A stretch of 64,000 nucleotides of DNA from Paragordius varius (taxonomy: Eukaryota; Animalia; Nematomorpha). Both the position numbers and the translations under genes were made by a program. Under the pieces are notes generated by a model that worked only from the letters and a program-made list of their open reading frames with translations, was not told the DNA's origin and ran no database searches. The stretch covers positions 1-64,000 of the forward strand of contig OZ176059.1 of NCBI GenBank assembly GCA_964247055.1, in the 5' to 3' direction. This document shows positions 41,443 to 54,340 of the stretch, piece by piece. Positions within the stretch are counted from its first letter, which is position 1. Each line of letters opens with the position of its first letter.

Positions 41443-42153
41443 TTGTTCGGTTTCTCGAGTGACCACATTTGGCGCGGTCGTTTTATATCATTACATTCGC
41501 GCATGGAGAAATTCAGTCTGGAAGCATATGATTCGGCAACCATCTTTGATGAATATATCGTTTATATAAATAGAATGTTAAAAGTGAAATTTATTCAAGG
41601 AGATGACAAAACAAAAAAAACTTCTTATTGGCCTACATCGGTCTATCCCATATTTAAAGTCGAAGAAATTCTTTTATCGCGTACAAGAAGTGGGCTGGGA
41701 TGCTTTGGTAGCGGCTGGAAAAAATTTTGCTCCGACATACATGTGTTTGCAGCCAGATTCCAGTTTACGCAACTCCGGGGAGAAGCCACGGAATCAGTGA
41801 TGGATTATTTTCGGGTAAAGGAATGTGCTGCCCGATGCAACTTTGGGCAAGATGCAATGCTAAGAATCAGAGATGGGTTTGTTGGAGGATTACAACTCAA
41901 AAGATTGGAAATAGATCTGTTCACGAAACTTCCAAATGCAATGTTTGATGGGAAACCTGTTACGTTGGAGATGGTGGTAGAAATGGCAATGGCGTACAAA
42001 AAGGCGGATAGTTGTTTGATTAAACAGGGTTCTGACCATAAGCAGGTGATGATAATAAAGAAGAAGTGTGGAAAATGTGGATTGCATGCGATCAACTGTT
42101 CGCTCCAAACAAAGAGTGTTACCGATGCAAAGGACGAGGTCATTAGGTGTTGA
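41443..42153 (+). CDS. gag-like ORF of the gypsy element
   Basis: RFQFTQLRGEATESVMDYFRVKECAARCNFG..IRDGFVGGL resembles retrotransposon gag; CGKCG..C knuckle remnant. Confidence 0.7.
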   Translation: MFGFSSDHIWRGRFISLHSRMEKFSLEAYDSATIFDEYIVYINRMLKVKFIQGDDKTKKTSYWPTSVYPIFKVEEILLSRTRSGLGCFGSGWKKFCSDIHVFAARFQFTQLRGEATESVMDYFRVKECAARCNFGQDAMLRIRDGFVGGLQLKRLEIDLFTKLPNAMFDGKPVTLEMVVEMAMAYKKADSCLIKQGSDHKQVMIIKKKCGKCGLHAINCSLQTKSVTDAKDEVIRC

Positions 42154-42227
42154 TGGCGAGTTAATATAGTGAATGGTAACAATAATAAAATGAAGCCCGG
42201 ACGCAAGCAAGTCTGAATGGCCATTGG

Positions 42228-43350
42228 GTGAGGATGTTATACGATACCGGAGCTCAAATATCATTGATTGGGAAAAGCACGTGGATGGAGATTGGAAGGC
42301 CGACCTTAGCACCCGCGGGTCTATTAGTTGGGTTTAACCATCAAGGTGTAGAGGCGATGGGACAATGCGTGCTAGATGTTAACTGGATTGGTATGGTCAA
42401 ACAGTTGGAATGTATGGTTACCAGGGAGGATTGGTATAACATTTTTGGGTTACCGTGGATGAAAAGCTTTCAATGTAGATTTCCAGATGATGTCTGTGTA
42501 AAGAATGTTAGTTATGTTGCTTTAAACATATTTAAGGATTTGTTTTGTGAAGGTATTGGGTGTTACACGGGACCACTCATCAAGTTGTTTCTCAAAAAAA
42601 GTAGTATCCCCAAAAGATTTGCAGCTAGGAGGGTACCTATTCCGCTTCAATCTAAGGTGGAGAGTGAATCAAAGAGGCTTGAAAGTCTGGGTATCATTGA
42701 GGCCAAAAACCTAAACACGAATTGATTGGGTAACTCCGTTGGTGATAGTTAAGAAGAATGATAATGATATTCGCATATGTGGTGATTTTAGAGTTACTGT
42801 TAACCGAAGTTCGGTTCTTGTCGATCATTTGATTCCAACGTTTGATCAGTTAGTGTTTAAAATCGGGCAGGGAAAACTTTTTACGACCTTAGATCTAAAA
42901 AGAGTGTATTGGCCAGGTATAAACGAAGACATCGAAAGTTATGTGAGATCTTGTATGGGGTGTCAGTTAAACCGGGGTAACATAAAAGGCAATCCCACGT
43001 ACGAATGGAATTTTAATACGGGTATCTGGGAACGGGTACATTTGGATATTGCCGGTCCTATTGATGGGTTTTATTGGTTTGTAGCTATCGATAGTAGCTC
43101 CAGATGGGTTGATGTCGAATTGCTAGGAACTGTTAATTCTGCAAACATATTACATTGGTTAGAAATTTGGTGTGTAAGGTACAGGTTTCCCCGAATGATA
43201 GTTACCGATAATGCATCATATTTTGCATCGAAGGATTTAAAAGATATCTTGCAACGAGCAAACATTAAACATGTCACTAGTGCCCCCTATCATCCACGAA
43301 CAAATGGGATGGTGGAACGGGTTATTTACACCTTAAAAGAACACTATTAA
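42228..43350 (+). pseudogene. pol remnant: protease, RT N-terminus fused to integrase
   Basis: LYDTGAQISL; IRICGDFRVTVN..TTLDL joined directly to KRVYWPGINEDIESYVRSCMGCQ; WERVHLDIAGP, IVTDNASYF, PYHPRTNGMVER. Confidence 0.85.
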
Positions 43351-44580
43351 TCACTAACGGATTCTAAGCTGACTCCTGACAAAAAATAAATCAAGTGTTA
43401 TGGGGTTATCGCTCCGCCGTACATAGCGCCACAAAAGAGTGCCCGTATAACTTATTTCTGAAAAGAAATATAAATACCCCTTTTTTGGGTTAGGGAAACA
43501 CCTTCACAACAATTAGAGGACGACATTATACCCAATCAAGTTTTTACGGACGAAGAAGTGTACATAAAGAATGAAATCAATTCGGGGTGGAGAAAAGTTT
43601 TAATTTTGGAGAGAACAGGGGTACTCTCGTACACGGTAAAAGATAGAAATCGAACTCTTCGCAAACCAGATCAATTACGGCCGACCGGCGTCGAGAACGG
43701 CGGAGATGGGGATGATGGTGGTTTAACGATAAACCAAACGGATGAATGTGTTACAACCAATAATCGGGAGGTGGGGAAGGAACAAAGCAAAGAAAACGAG
43801 AAAGACACCCAGGTTGAAATGAAAACGGAAAAGACAATTGAGAAAGAACCTGAAAGAAGATATCCTCCTAGGGAAAGAAAAGCACCAGATCGGCTGGGAT
43901 TCGGATAAGGAGATATGATAGATTTGAATACATTAGTTAGCTAATCTTAGACTAACAAATTTATATATTAGATTTGAATACATTTTTGATGACAATTTTA
44001 TATAGTTTAGTTTTTGTATTTTATCTCAATAAATATTCTTGTTTTACGGTTTATCGAGTCACAGCGTCAAAACTATTATTGAAACTTTTGGATAAGTTTA
44101 ATGTAAAAGTATTGTCTGGAGGATTTAATATCTGTTCCTAAAATTTTATTTTTATTAGTTTTAGTCAACGGGCATGTTTCTGCGCCGTATGTAAGGGCTG
44201 GTCGTATCGCTGTAGTGTACATTTTTGCTTTGTAATGTTTATTAATTTGTTGTTATGCTTGATTTAATGGTATTTTTCCACTCTTATTGGATCGGTGTTT
44301 TATTCATTAACTATACCTCCTTTAGTGGTAATAACGTGGCGGAGGTATATAAAGGAATCTACTGTTTTAATTGCATGTGGGTTGTAAATAATTGGTTTTG
44401 CACTTTGAATGGATGTTAACTCATTCCATGGTTTACATAGGAAGTGTAGAATGTCCAAGGATGGGACAAAAATACTTTTTGTGTACCCACAAACTGCAAC
44501 GTGTGCACATTAAGGAGTTAAATTTGATATCTTTGCTACAAACACTACAGGCATACTTTGTTTTTTACCAATAGCGTCTG

Positions 44581-45290
44581 TCATAATTTAGTTTTGCTAA
44601 GATCTTCAAGACCAACTTCAAGAATAGATTTCCAAATTTCCAAATAGTGTACAAGGTCTACTTGGGATGTGGAAGTAAGTAAAGAATCGTCGGCGAACAA
44701 GATCTGCCACGCTAACCCTGTCCTAATGACGCCTGTAATTTTATCTATTACATTGAAAAGTATAGGGCTCGTAACGGAGCCTTGATGCAAGCCGGAATCG
44801 ATTTGGAATTTTTGAGTAAAGCCATAGGCAGTTTTTATCTAGGCATAACTATTGTGGTAGAGATCCATAATTGCCTGTTTGATTTATTCTTCGCACCCAT
44901 TTCTCCTTAAAGCCCATGGTATTAGTGTTCTGGTTACACTATCAAAAGCCTTCTCTAGGTCGACAAAAGCTAATGAAGTGGAGATTTATTGGAATGTGCC
45001 GTTTGTAACACTCTTAATATAAATCTAGTCTATTGTATTTTATTATTGATAAAACCTATTGGCATATCGTTTGTTTGTAGTTTATTTTTGAGTTTGTCGA
45101 GCCGAATCATTTCATATATTTTCAATGAATGTTCTAAAATTTTGAAAGGCCTGTATCATTGGGATGACATGGATCGCCTTTCCCTTTGTAAATTGGAATT
45201 ATAAAACTATCTTTCCTTTCATCAGGGATCTTGTCTGTTTTAAGTATATTATTAAACATATAGGGAGTTTAGGACTTATTATGGCCGGGT
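44581..45290 (-). pseudogene. RTE-type LINE reverse transcriptase fragment
   Basis: AFVDLEKAFD, HQGSVTSPILFN, WQILFADD motifs; stops and frameshifts. Confidence 0.85.
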
Positions 45291-47113
45291 CAATGCATTT
45301 AATTAAGTCGACACAAACGTTCGCATAAGCCGGGTGTTCTTTTGTATTTTAGTTTGGATGGAGCTTTTACTATGTCGTTTAGATTTAACTCTGCACAACC
45401 CTGGACAGATAAGGAGTTAGTGTAGTTAACTACTTAAATAGAATGGTTTAGAGACGCTTTAAAATAGTCATGAAACTTTGATATCGAGTTGCGGATCAAA
45501 GCTGATCACGTTGGATATGCGTGTGGCATTTGAAAGTTTTCGTTCATTACATTCATTTAAACTCTTTGCCCATTTGTAGACTTTTTGTGGCTTACTTTTT
45601 TCTCTATATGGTTGGCAAAATCGGTGACTAGGGTATTTTTCCAACGACGCAGTATTTTTTGCGCCTCACGCTTTGCTTGTAGATATGAATTTTTTATTTA
45701 AATTTTCACGATCATTATCAGACCCTGTAGTCATTGTTTTTTGTGGCAAAATGTTTTACACTTTTTTCAAACCATCATTTATATTTTTGTTTGGAGGGCT
45801 GAGCTTTTTTAGTGTGGCGTCCTACTACTTAAAAAATTTAACGCATTAGGCTGAATTGAAAAATATGTTCTAGTCTTTTGGGCGCGTTATACAAAAAAAA
45901 CTTTAACAAAATGTAATTTTTTAAAAATCCTTATCTCATGGCGCCATTTTTTTATATATTACTTTTATTAAATCGCTATTGAAACAGGCAAATGATTGCT
46001 ATGATAAGAAATTGTAGATAATTTAAAAAGCTTTCAGACCACATTTTACCAGCTAAAATTTGATGTATTTTATAATTTAAATATCAGCTGTTTGTTTCAG
46101 TCGTGTTATGGAGCTGTTATATCAGACTCTATAAGTCAAATCTTAAAAGATATAAGTTTTTATTATCTGATACATAAGAAAAATGTTTGATAATTATTTT
46201 AACAAAATAACTTTCATTTTGGTTTATTCGCAAAACTAAGCTCTGGGATATAAAACTACATTAAAATGTATACATTAGGGCAAAAAAACCTAAAGGTAAT
46301 AAATTGTTAATCAATCGGAGTTGATAGAAAAGTTCAGCATAATCGAATTATATGGAAAGAGTGTTTTTATAATACGTTTTCATACCGTTTCCATTTGGGT
46401 CAAAATGGTATGAACGCTTTAACAAAATTTAGCAAAAAATCAATTTTGAAAAAGTATGATTTTTTTAAAAAAATTTAGGTGCTATCAAAATTAATTATGT
46501 ATTGCTATCCCCAAATTTCGTTTATTTTAAAAGAACTAGCCCATTTTAAAAGAACAAAAAACTTTGGACTTTGAGAGCTCACAATTAAAAAATTATTTAC
46601 AAAAAGAGCTTTTCGTGGGCAGAACCCTGGTTCCTCAGTGCGCCCCATTTCCACGGCTTAAATATAAAATGCCTTCCTTAAAATGCTTTAATGTTTTAAA
46701 AACGACGAGCCACTTAAAAGAACTCATAAAATTATATACACTCTAATGTAATAAATATTTTAGCTTAAAAATATGAAGCAATACATACATAATCTGGGGC
46801 AAATCTAAGATTCGAACACTTAAATATTTCAAAAAAAATAATCCAGTTTAAATGATATATTAAAATTTTAAATTTTCGAAATTTTGTTTGCTGGCAGCGA
46901 ATTACTGCCGAAGTACGCGTGTAGAACATTGCTGGCAGAGACAAATGGATTATAAATATCGAGATCCTAGCGTTAAGATTATGAGGTTTCAATTACTTCT
47001 GTTTTGGCTATTCAAAATCTTCCAAAATGAGAATTAAATAATTGTTTTAAATATTTATTTAATGTTTGTGGAAAATAACTAACTTTAGTAAATCATTGAA
47101 AAATGAAATTGAT

Positions 47114-48520
47114 TTAGATATTTTGTGTTATTATTAGTTTTAATTGATTATTAATAATAGCGAGTTGATCTCCGACCGAAAGAAGCAATTTTCTACAAGA
47201 ATTCGCTCTGCATTCGATTGTGTACGGAGACTGATTCTTGGCATGGACAGTTACTTCCGTGGAATATTGGTTTGGTAAGAGGTGTGACTTGATTTGATCC
47301 CACGTCCTTGCCTTATTATTCCATCTAATATCTAATATATCGATAAAATAAAAATATTACACATTAATAAAAAAAATGCATTGAGGTTGGCTTATAACAT
47401 ATATTACGGTCAATTTTATGCAAAAAATCATCGTAGTAATTCTAGTTAGTAACTAAGGCGAATATTAACTAATGTCCACCAAACTACATTTTCTCAATCT
47501 AGCGTTAAAATGCATGTTCCAAAGAATTATTAAAACGCTATTTTCTTTAGGTAAATTTTAAAAAATTGAGATTATATTAAATTTTATGAAAAATCGTATA
47601 TATATATATAAGCTATTAGGTGAGATTCTCTATAAAGCTAACCCTGGAAAATTGTGTGTTATCCGACAACTATCTAAAAAACTAATTTTAATATAATAGT
47701 TACATTAGAAAAGCGATTGAGTATCGTTCTTTTCTACTCATAGCCAATTATATATTCTTCTAGGTTAATTAATAAATACCCTATATGAATTAATAAAAAT
47801 AAATTTTAATAATATTGCCTTTTATAAAAATCTAAAAGTTGAAGTCAATTCTCTTATATCATTTATAATTTTATTATTAAAAATAATACTTTTGGAAATA
47901 GTTTTGCACTCTTGAGCTACCAGTTTGATTTCATGAAGAGAATCTGATTTTTTTAGATATATTTTGTCGTATTTGGATATTTGTGTTCCCGGAACACTTA
48001 GTATCAATTGATTTTTGTCCATGGATGTCTTAAATTTGTTCAAATATTCATAAGAAGGGCCGAGAAGCTCAACATCATTCACATTCCATCCAAGTGTTGA
48101 AAAACTAACTGTATTTTCACATTGATAGTATTTCCGCACGCTTGTTGCTATTATTCAATAAATTTAACGTGTTTGTAAAATTTAAGGAGCGTTTGTTATA
48201 CGGTAATACACCACTTCTAGTTTTTAAGCAAGAATACGCTATATGGAATTGACTTGACAAGGAATTTTCGATTTAATGTTAATTATTAATATCTTAAGTA
48301 CTGTTTAAATTTATGGTTTAGCATGTGTGATAAAAGCAAAATATTTTAATGAAAGGTTGGAATATCTGATTTTTTACACAATGTCATATTAACAAATAGG
48401 AATGATGTATTATTTCTATAATATATATTTGTCATAGAAAATATTAATAGTAATAGAACTTACTTAAACTTTTAGGCGTATATTTAAAGTTTCCAGCTTT
48501 GTCCCACGTTCCTACATCAA

Positions 48521-48551
<31 letters not shown>

Positions 48552-51249
48552 CCATTTCCCAGTCTAAATAAACGTTTTCCCAGTCAATCGAAACATTTTC
48601 CCAATCAATCGAAACGTTTTCCCAGTCAATCGAAACGTTTTCCCAGTCAATCGAAACATTTTCCCAGTCAATCGAAACATTTTCCCAGTCAATCGAAACG
48701 TTTTCTCAGTCAATCGAAACATTTTCCCAGTCAATAAAAACATTTTCCCAATCAATAAAAACGTTTTCCCAGTCAATAAAAACGGTTTTATTTTTATGGT
48801 AAATATCAAAACAAGATATAAAAATAACTTTTAACCATTATCAGCGTAAAATTAGGATATTGTTTTTATAAAAACACAATTATTGAATGACAATTTTTCC
48901 AAGTATATTCCAGTGCACAATCATTAATGACTTATTCTTTAAATGTTATATTTTTGGAATATGAGTTAAGATAATATTTTTTATTTTATCTATGGTTCGC
49001 ATTAATATATGCGGCTAACTTATACCTATAGTTACGGATAAAATAACAAAATTTATAAAAATATACCATTTTTATCACAAAAGTCATTTAACACTTTATA
49101 TTGGATCTTAACATATATTTTACGCTAATTTTATAATATATAACATTTGAATGGGGGCCTTTTTAAATATCTTTGAGCGGGCCGCAAAAAATTTGAAAAC
49201 CATATGTAAAAATATGCCCACAAAATCTTAGTAATATTCATGTATCTTACGCAATCATTATAAATGAGTCAATTAAATTGGTAACGAATTAAAAAAAATT
49301 GTTATATTGTGTTTGTATTTTACATTCTTAGAAAATTATGTGAATGCCCGTATATATTTCGAATGGGGAACCGCGTGCTTTTTGAGTTAAAAATGCGGCC
49401 CGCGAAGGCATTTAGTTGGACACCCTTGTTTAGTAAAATCTCCTTTTTATTAAATATTTTTATATCAAAAACATTTTTATTAAAAAAAATTCGTTAAGAT
49501 ATTTTTTCCGATAGTATTTTTATCGACAAACCGGACATATTTAAAAACTATTGTGAAGCGTTCCACAAATATTAATGCAAACTATCGCTAAAATAAATAT
49601 TATCTTAACTCAAATTCCTAAAATATAACATTTAAAGAATAAGTCATTAATGATTGTGCACTGAAATATACTTGGAAAAATTGTCATTCAATAATTGTGT
49701 TTTTATAAAAACAATATCCTAATTTTACGCTGATAATGGTTAAAAGTTATTTTTATATCTTGTTTTGATATTTAACATAAAAATAAAACCGTTTTTATTG
49801 ATTGGGAAAACGTTTTTATTGATTGGGAAAATGTTTTTATTGACTGGGAAAATGTTTCGATTGACTGAGAAAACGTTTCGATTGACTGGGAAAATGTTTC
49901 GATTGACTGGGAAAATGTTTCGATTGACTGGGAAAACGTTTCGATTGATTGGGAAAATGTTTCGATTGACTGGGAAAATGTTTCGATTGACTGGGAAAAC
50001 GTTTATTTAGACTGGGAAATGGTATATATATATTAGAATCATTTTCCTTTCATATGAGATAAATAAAAACAATGGCATAAGGACTTTTGTAAGCTTTAAT
50101 ACTCACCTACCAGGGTAGACAGTCATGACACTTAATGTTAAATATATTTATGTGAAAATATTAATATAAATGATGGAATACCAACAAATTTAGTTTCCCA
50201 AGTTCTATAAGCATAACCATTCACAAAAAGGACTAAAGACTCATTAGGGACCGCTGTTATATTAGCACGGATTGACCCGTTAGATACTTCAGAAATTCGA
50301 TTGAAACTATAAAGAATTAATTGACACGTTTTTGCTAAATTTGGGTCATTAAACAAATCAGAACAATCTTCCTCAAATATAAATCGCCCATTGTAGCTCC
50401 TGTATTCCGTCAAAGGGTAGGAGACTATAATATAGTTTTCAAGTTTTTTTCCATCTATGGTAATGATCAAATTTCCAGCATAATCACATTTACCAGGTAT
50501 GTTAAAAATTAATTTCGTTTTGTTTGACACTTGGAAGGGCACTCGTTTTCCATATTTGGTAGTTATTTGAATGGTAGGGGGTGTTTTGGAATTTTTAAGA
50601 GGTTGCCAAAATTCAGCTATATCAAATTCACACTTTTTTATCTGATTCGGAGATACCTCTATGGTATCTGTATGTTCTATATATCGAAAAATTACAATTT
50701 AATATAGGAGAAAAAATATCAATTGATAAGGTTAAATTGAGAAAATAATCTTTACAGAGCGTGTAACAATACATCTACTGTTTAGTTATTCAATGATATT
50801 TAACCAAAAGAATAAAGTATATATATGCAATTCCAAATCAAAATTTAAGGATTTAAAATATTTGTTAGAACATACAAGTAGCCTCTGGTTATCATACAAA
50901 AAACAGCAATTGCACAATGTTAGAGTATCTTATTAATAAGGAATATACCTTCAATAAAAATTTGTCCACGGCTAACTGTCACGCCATTTTTCAGTACTGA
51001 ATAAGGGCCGTCCACTAGATTTAATTTAGGTGCTATCTCTTGATTAAGAAATTGACTATAATTGACATTACGGTAAGAAAATGTTCTGTACGCAAAATTG
51101 ACAGTTATGTTAGCTCTCCCTTTGTAGACATCAAGAAGTTCATAATAATATTCGTCACCAAATCTAACCCATATATCTTTTGGCTTTGGTTGAGATTGAG
51201 CTAATACACCGTAGAACCCAAATAGGAATAAAATTGATAGTGGTATCAT
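47114..51249 (-). CDS. Orphan secreted protein, about 423 aa, 4 exons
   Basis: Exons 51249-50949 (signal peptide MIPLSILFLFGFYGVLA), 50676-50182, 48147-47890, 47331-47114; all GT-AG phase-1 introns, open reading throughout. The exon 3-4 join is less certain; an alternative stop lies at 47822. Confidence 0.62.
48551..50023. mobile_element. Foldback element family C (21-bp CAATCGAAACATTTTCCCAGT units) in intron 2 of the secreted-protein gene
   Basis: (AT)n|ACCATTTCCCAGTC ... GACTGGGAAATGGT|ATAT; near-perfect inverted arms of ~460 bp around a ~550-bp loop. Confidence 0.92.
49150..49430. mobile_element. hAT-like MITE remnant within the foldback loop
   Basis: GCGGGCCGC and GCGGCCCGCG..TTGGACACCCTTG, typical Charlie-like subterminal and terminal sequence. 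Confidence 0.45.
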
Positions 51250-51399
51250 TTCAAAAAAATTAATAGCCTTGATATAATTTTTGGAAGTCTTATATAGAGA
51301 ATAAAAATGCCTACAGTATTGAAGGAGATTAAGTAAATATTTTTAAATTTGGAAATAAAGAACGATATAACTGACTAAATAAATATTTTTAAATTTTTT

Positions 51400-51790
51400 G
51401 GCCCAAAGCCTAATTTTTATGGCAAAATCATTACATAACTCGTGCGTAATACGTTATTTTTGTAGAAAATGTCAATATTTGCATTAATTCAAAACAACTT
51501 GCTCGACAGTTACTACAGTAAAATAAATTATACAAATACTATCTGGCTAAACTTACACTTCTGATTTAAGACCGATTGCCGAATTATAATGTATAACAAA
51601 ATTTAAATAAAACATTTTTTTATATTTAATAAAAATTAACCGTATAATTATAAATGATATAAAAAAAGCATAAAAACGGAATAATTTGTTTTCTGTTTGA
51701 TGTATTTAGAATTTTACCAACTTAGATAAAATTGATATAATATAAATGTTTTATACCTGATCGGGATACTTTTAAATGATTTTTGTTATG
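51400..51790. repeat. ~390-bp dispersed direct repeat, copy 1
   Basis: Colinear with 53940-54340 (e.g. CAAAACAACTTGCTCGACAGTTACTA..GTAAAATAAATTATACAAAT identical core). Confidence 0.8.
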
Positions 51791-52137
51791 GCCTATTTTA
51801 GCGGTAAAAAGTGGGACTGAATTTAATTAATTGTTTTGTAAATATAATCTAAGATCTGTTTATTATAAAATATATTTAATTTGCTTTTATAAAAAAAAAT
51901 AAATTAAAATAATATCTGTGTGATCCATTAAAGTGGATATAACTTCTTAATAACTCGTGAGGGCCAAACTCAAAAGCACTGTAAAAACTATGATTTTTTT
52001 CTATCAGAATATTTAAATATTTCATCAAACTTTACTGTCAATATCAAATGGATTTATATTGTAGCTTTTGATACTTATGATTCCCGTTAAATATTTTTAA
52101 TGTCTTCTGGGATGATATGCATTTATTTCCCTTGTAT

Positions 52138-53520
52138 ACCATTTTTCATGCAAAAACATCATTTTTTCAAGCAAACGCACCATTTTTTCAAGCATACGCA
52201 ACAATTTTTCAAGCAAATGCAACATTTTTTCAAGCAAAGACAACATTTTTTCAAGCAAACGCAACATTTTTTCAACCAAATACAACATTTTTTCATCCAA
52301 ACGCAACATTTTTTCAACCAAAGACAACATTTTTTCAAGCAAAAACAACACTTTTTTTAATATTACAAAGAATTATTATTTATTGTTAATTATAAATTAT
52401 TTATTGATTTTAAGTAAATGTAATTTATTTTTAGCGTTGAATTAAGATTTTTATCGTTTTATCATCAATATTTGATGGTAAAATTGATTTTCAAACATTT
52501 TGAATTTGCCCATAAATTGCCTTATTTATTTATATTAATTATATTTTTCTTTTACAATTTTGGTTTCGCCTAATCAAATTATTTAATTTGCACTTCAACA
52601 GTGTCCTTGAACACTTCAAGTTGGTCCTTGAACGTTTCCAGTTGGTCCTTGAAGTCTTTAAGTTGGTCCTTAAAATATATAAATTTAGTTTTACCCTAAT
52701 TTTTGCATTTATTTTTTAATATATATTATTATTTATTAACCTAATTTTCTTTATTTATTATATATTTATTCATTTAAAAATAAAAAATTTTATTGAAACC
52801 ACTTTTTTGTTTCAAAATATTTTTTTAATTGAACAAAATTATTAACTTTTAATGTTTTTAATGAAAATTTTTTACTAACCCAGAAAACTCATATATTTTT
52901 TTTCGTGTTATAAATATCTAAAATTATTTTAAAAAATTAATATACGGTTTCTCAAAGATTAAAAGATGATATCGATTTAAAATTTATGTTAAATAATAGA
53001 AAATAGGTTAAAAACAATAAAATAGATAAATTATTTTCGATTTAATTTATAAAAGTTAAAAACAAAACAAAAAAGTCAAAGGACCAACTTGAAGTGAAGG
53101 ACAACTTTAAACTTTCAAAGACATTCTTTAGTGCAAATTAAATAATTTGATTAGGCGAAACCAAAATTGTAAAAGAAAAATATAATTAATATAAATAAAT
53201 AAGGCAATTTATGGGCAAATTCAAAATGTTTGAAAATCAATTTTACCATCAAATATTGATGATAAAACGATAAAAATCATAATTCAACGCTAAAAATAAA
53301 TTACATTTACTTAAAATCAATAAATAATTTATAATTAACAATAAATAATAATTCTTTGTAATATAAAAAAGTTGTTTTTGCTTGAAAAAATGTTGTCTTT
53401 GCTTGAAAAAATGTTGCATTTGCTTGAAAAATTGTTGCCTTTGCTTGCAAAAAATGTTGCGTTTGCTTGAAAAAATGGTGCGTTTGCTTGAAAAAATGAT
53501 GTTTTTGCATGAAAAATGGT
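52138..53520. mobile_element. Composite foldback: family B outer arms enclosing a family A core
   Basis: AT|ACCATTTTTCATGC ... GCATGAAAAATGGT|AT; 21-bp CAAACGCAACATTTTTTCAAG arrays at 52150-52350 and 53370-53510; ~240-bp AT-rich inverted spacers; family A core at ~52590-53135. Confidence 0.9.
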
Positions 53521-53939
53521 ATATTAGCATTTAGAAAAATAAAAGAAAAAAAAGTGGCGAAAGGTTTTAGATAAATATTTTTTCATTTTATTTTTGAAAA
53601 AAATGTATTATGTGCCTACAAGGCTAAAGAAAGCATATTTTTATTTTGGCCTTCACTATTAAATCACAATGTAGATAACTACCCCAAAAAAGTCAGTTTT
53701 AAAAATATGAAAATGATCAATATTAGCTCTCCTAACTGTATCTTAAATCGCAGGTATTAAAACATATTTTAATATTTTGAGATTTTTATTAGAATTTAAA
53801 TATATAATAATTTAAAAAGTTTATATTTTTATATAATTTTTAGGTTGAATTATCCGAAATTCATTCAATTCAGCTGATTTATAATCCCAAAATGATAATT
53901 GTTCAGCCTATTTATTTTATACGAAAAACAAATCCTTAA

Positions 53940-54340
53940 ATTTTTGGACCAAAGCCTATTTTATATATATTTTGTCAAAATCTTACATAAAACTCGTACA
54001 TGATACCGTACTTTTGTAATATATGTAAATATTTGCATTAAATCAAAACAACTTGCTCGACAGTTACTAGAGTAAAATAAATTATACAAATGCTATCTAG
54101 CTAAACTTACACTTCTGGTTTACCGATTGTTAAATTAATATAATATATAACAAAATTTGAATAAACCTTTTTATATTTCGTAAAAAAAATTAACCGAATA
54201 AATATAAATATAAATGATTTAAAAAGCATAAAACGGGAAAAATTACGTTTTTCGTTTGCTTGTATTTAGAAATATTACCAACTTAGATACATTTGATATA
54301 AATGTTTTATACCTAATTTTTTAAATGATTTTTGTTGAAA
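53940..54340. repeat. ~390-bp dispersed direct repeat, copy 2
   Basis: Colinear with 51400-51790. Confidence 0.8.

Larger units (their letters stand above)
41240..44063 (+). mobile_element. Ty3/gypsy LTR retrotransposon, internally deleted (non-autonomous)
   Basis: LTRs 41240-41467 and 43916-44063 (TG...CA); 5-bp TSD GCGTC; PBS-like TGGCGCGG after the 5' LTR; purine tract before the 3' LTR; gag with Cys-rich knuckle, protease DTGA, RT N-terminus, integrase core. Confidence 0.92.

Noticed and set aside
46765-46992. Short minus-strand ORF / possible extra exon of the secreted-protein gene
   Set aside because: No convincing phase-compatible donor found; left unresolved.
48564-50010. Twin 81-aa ORFs (RLTGKMF)n on opposite strands
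   Set aside because: They are the two arms of foldback C.
17253-53520. CRISPR-like reading of the 21-bp arrays
   Set aside because: Units are head-to-tail without unique spacers, lie in inverted arms, have no cas genes nearby, and the context is eukaryotic.
52097-53530. ORFs with FFKQTQH / LLEKM repeats
   Set aside because: Translations of the family B 21-bp arrays.
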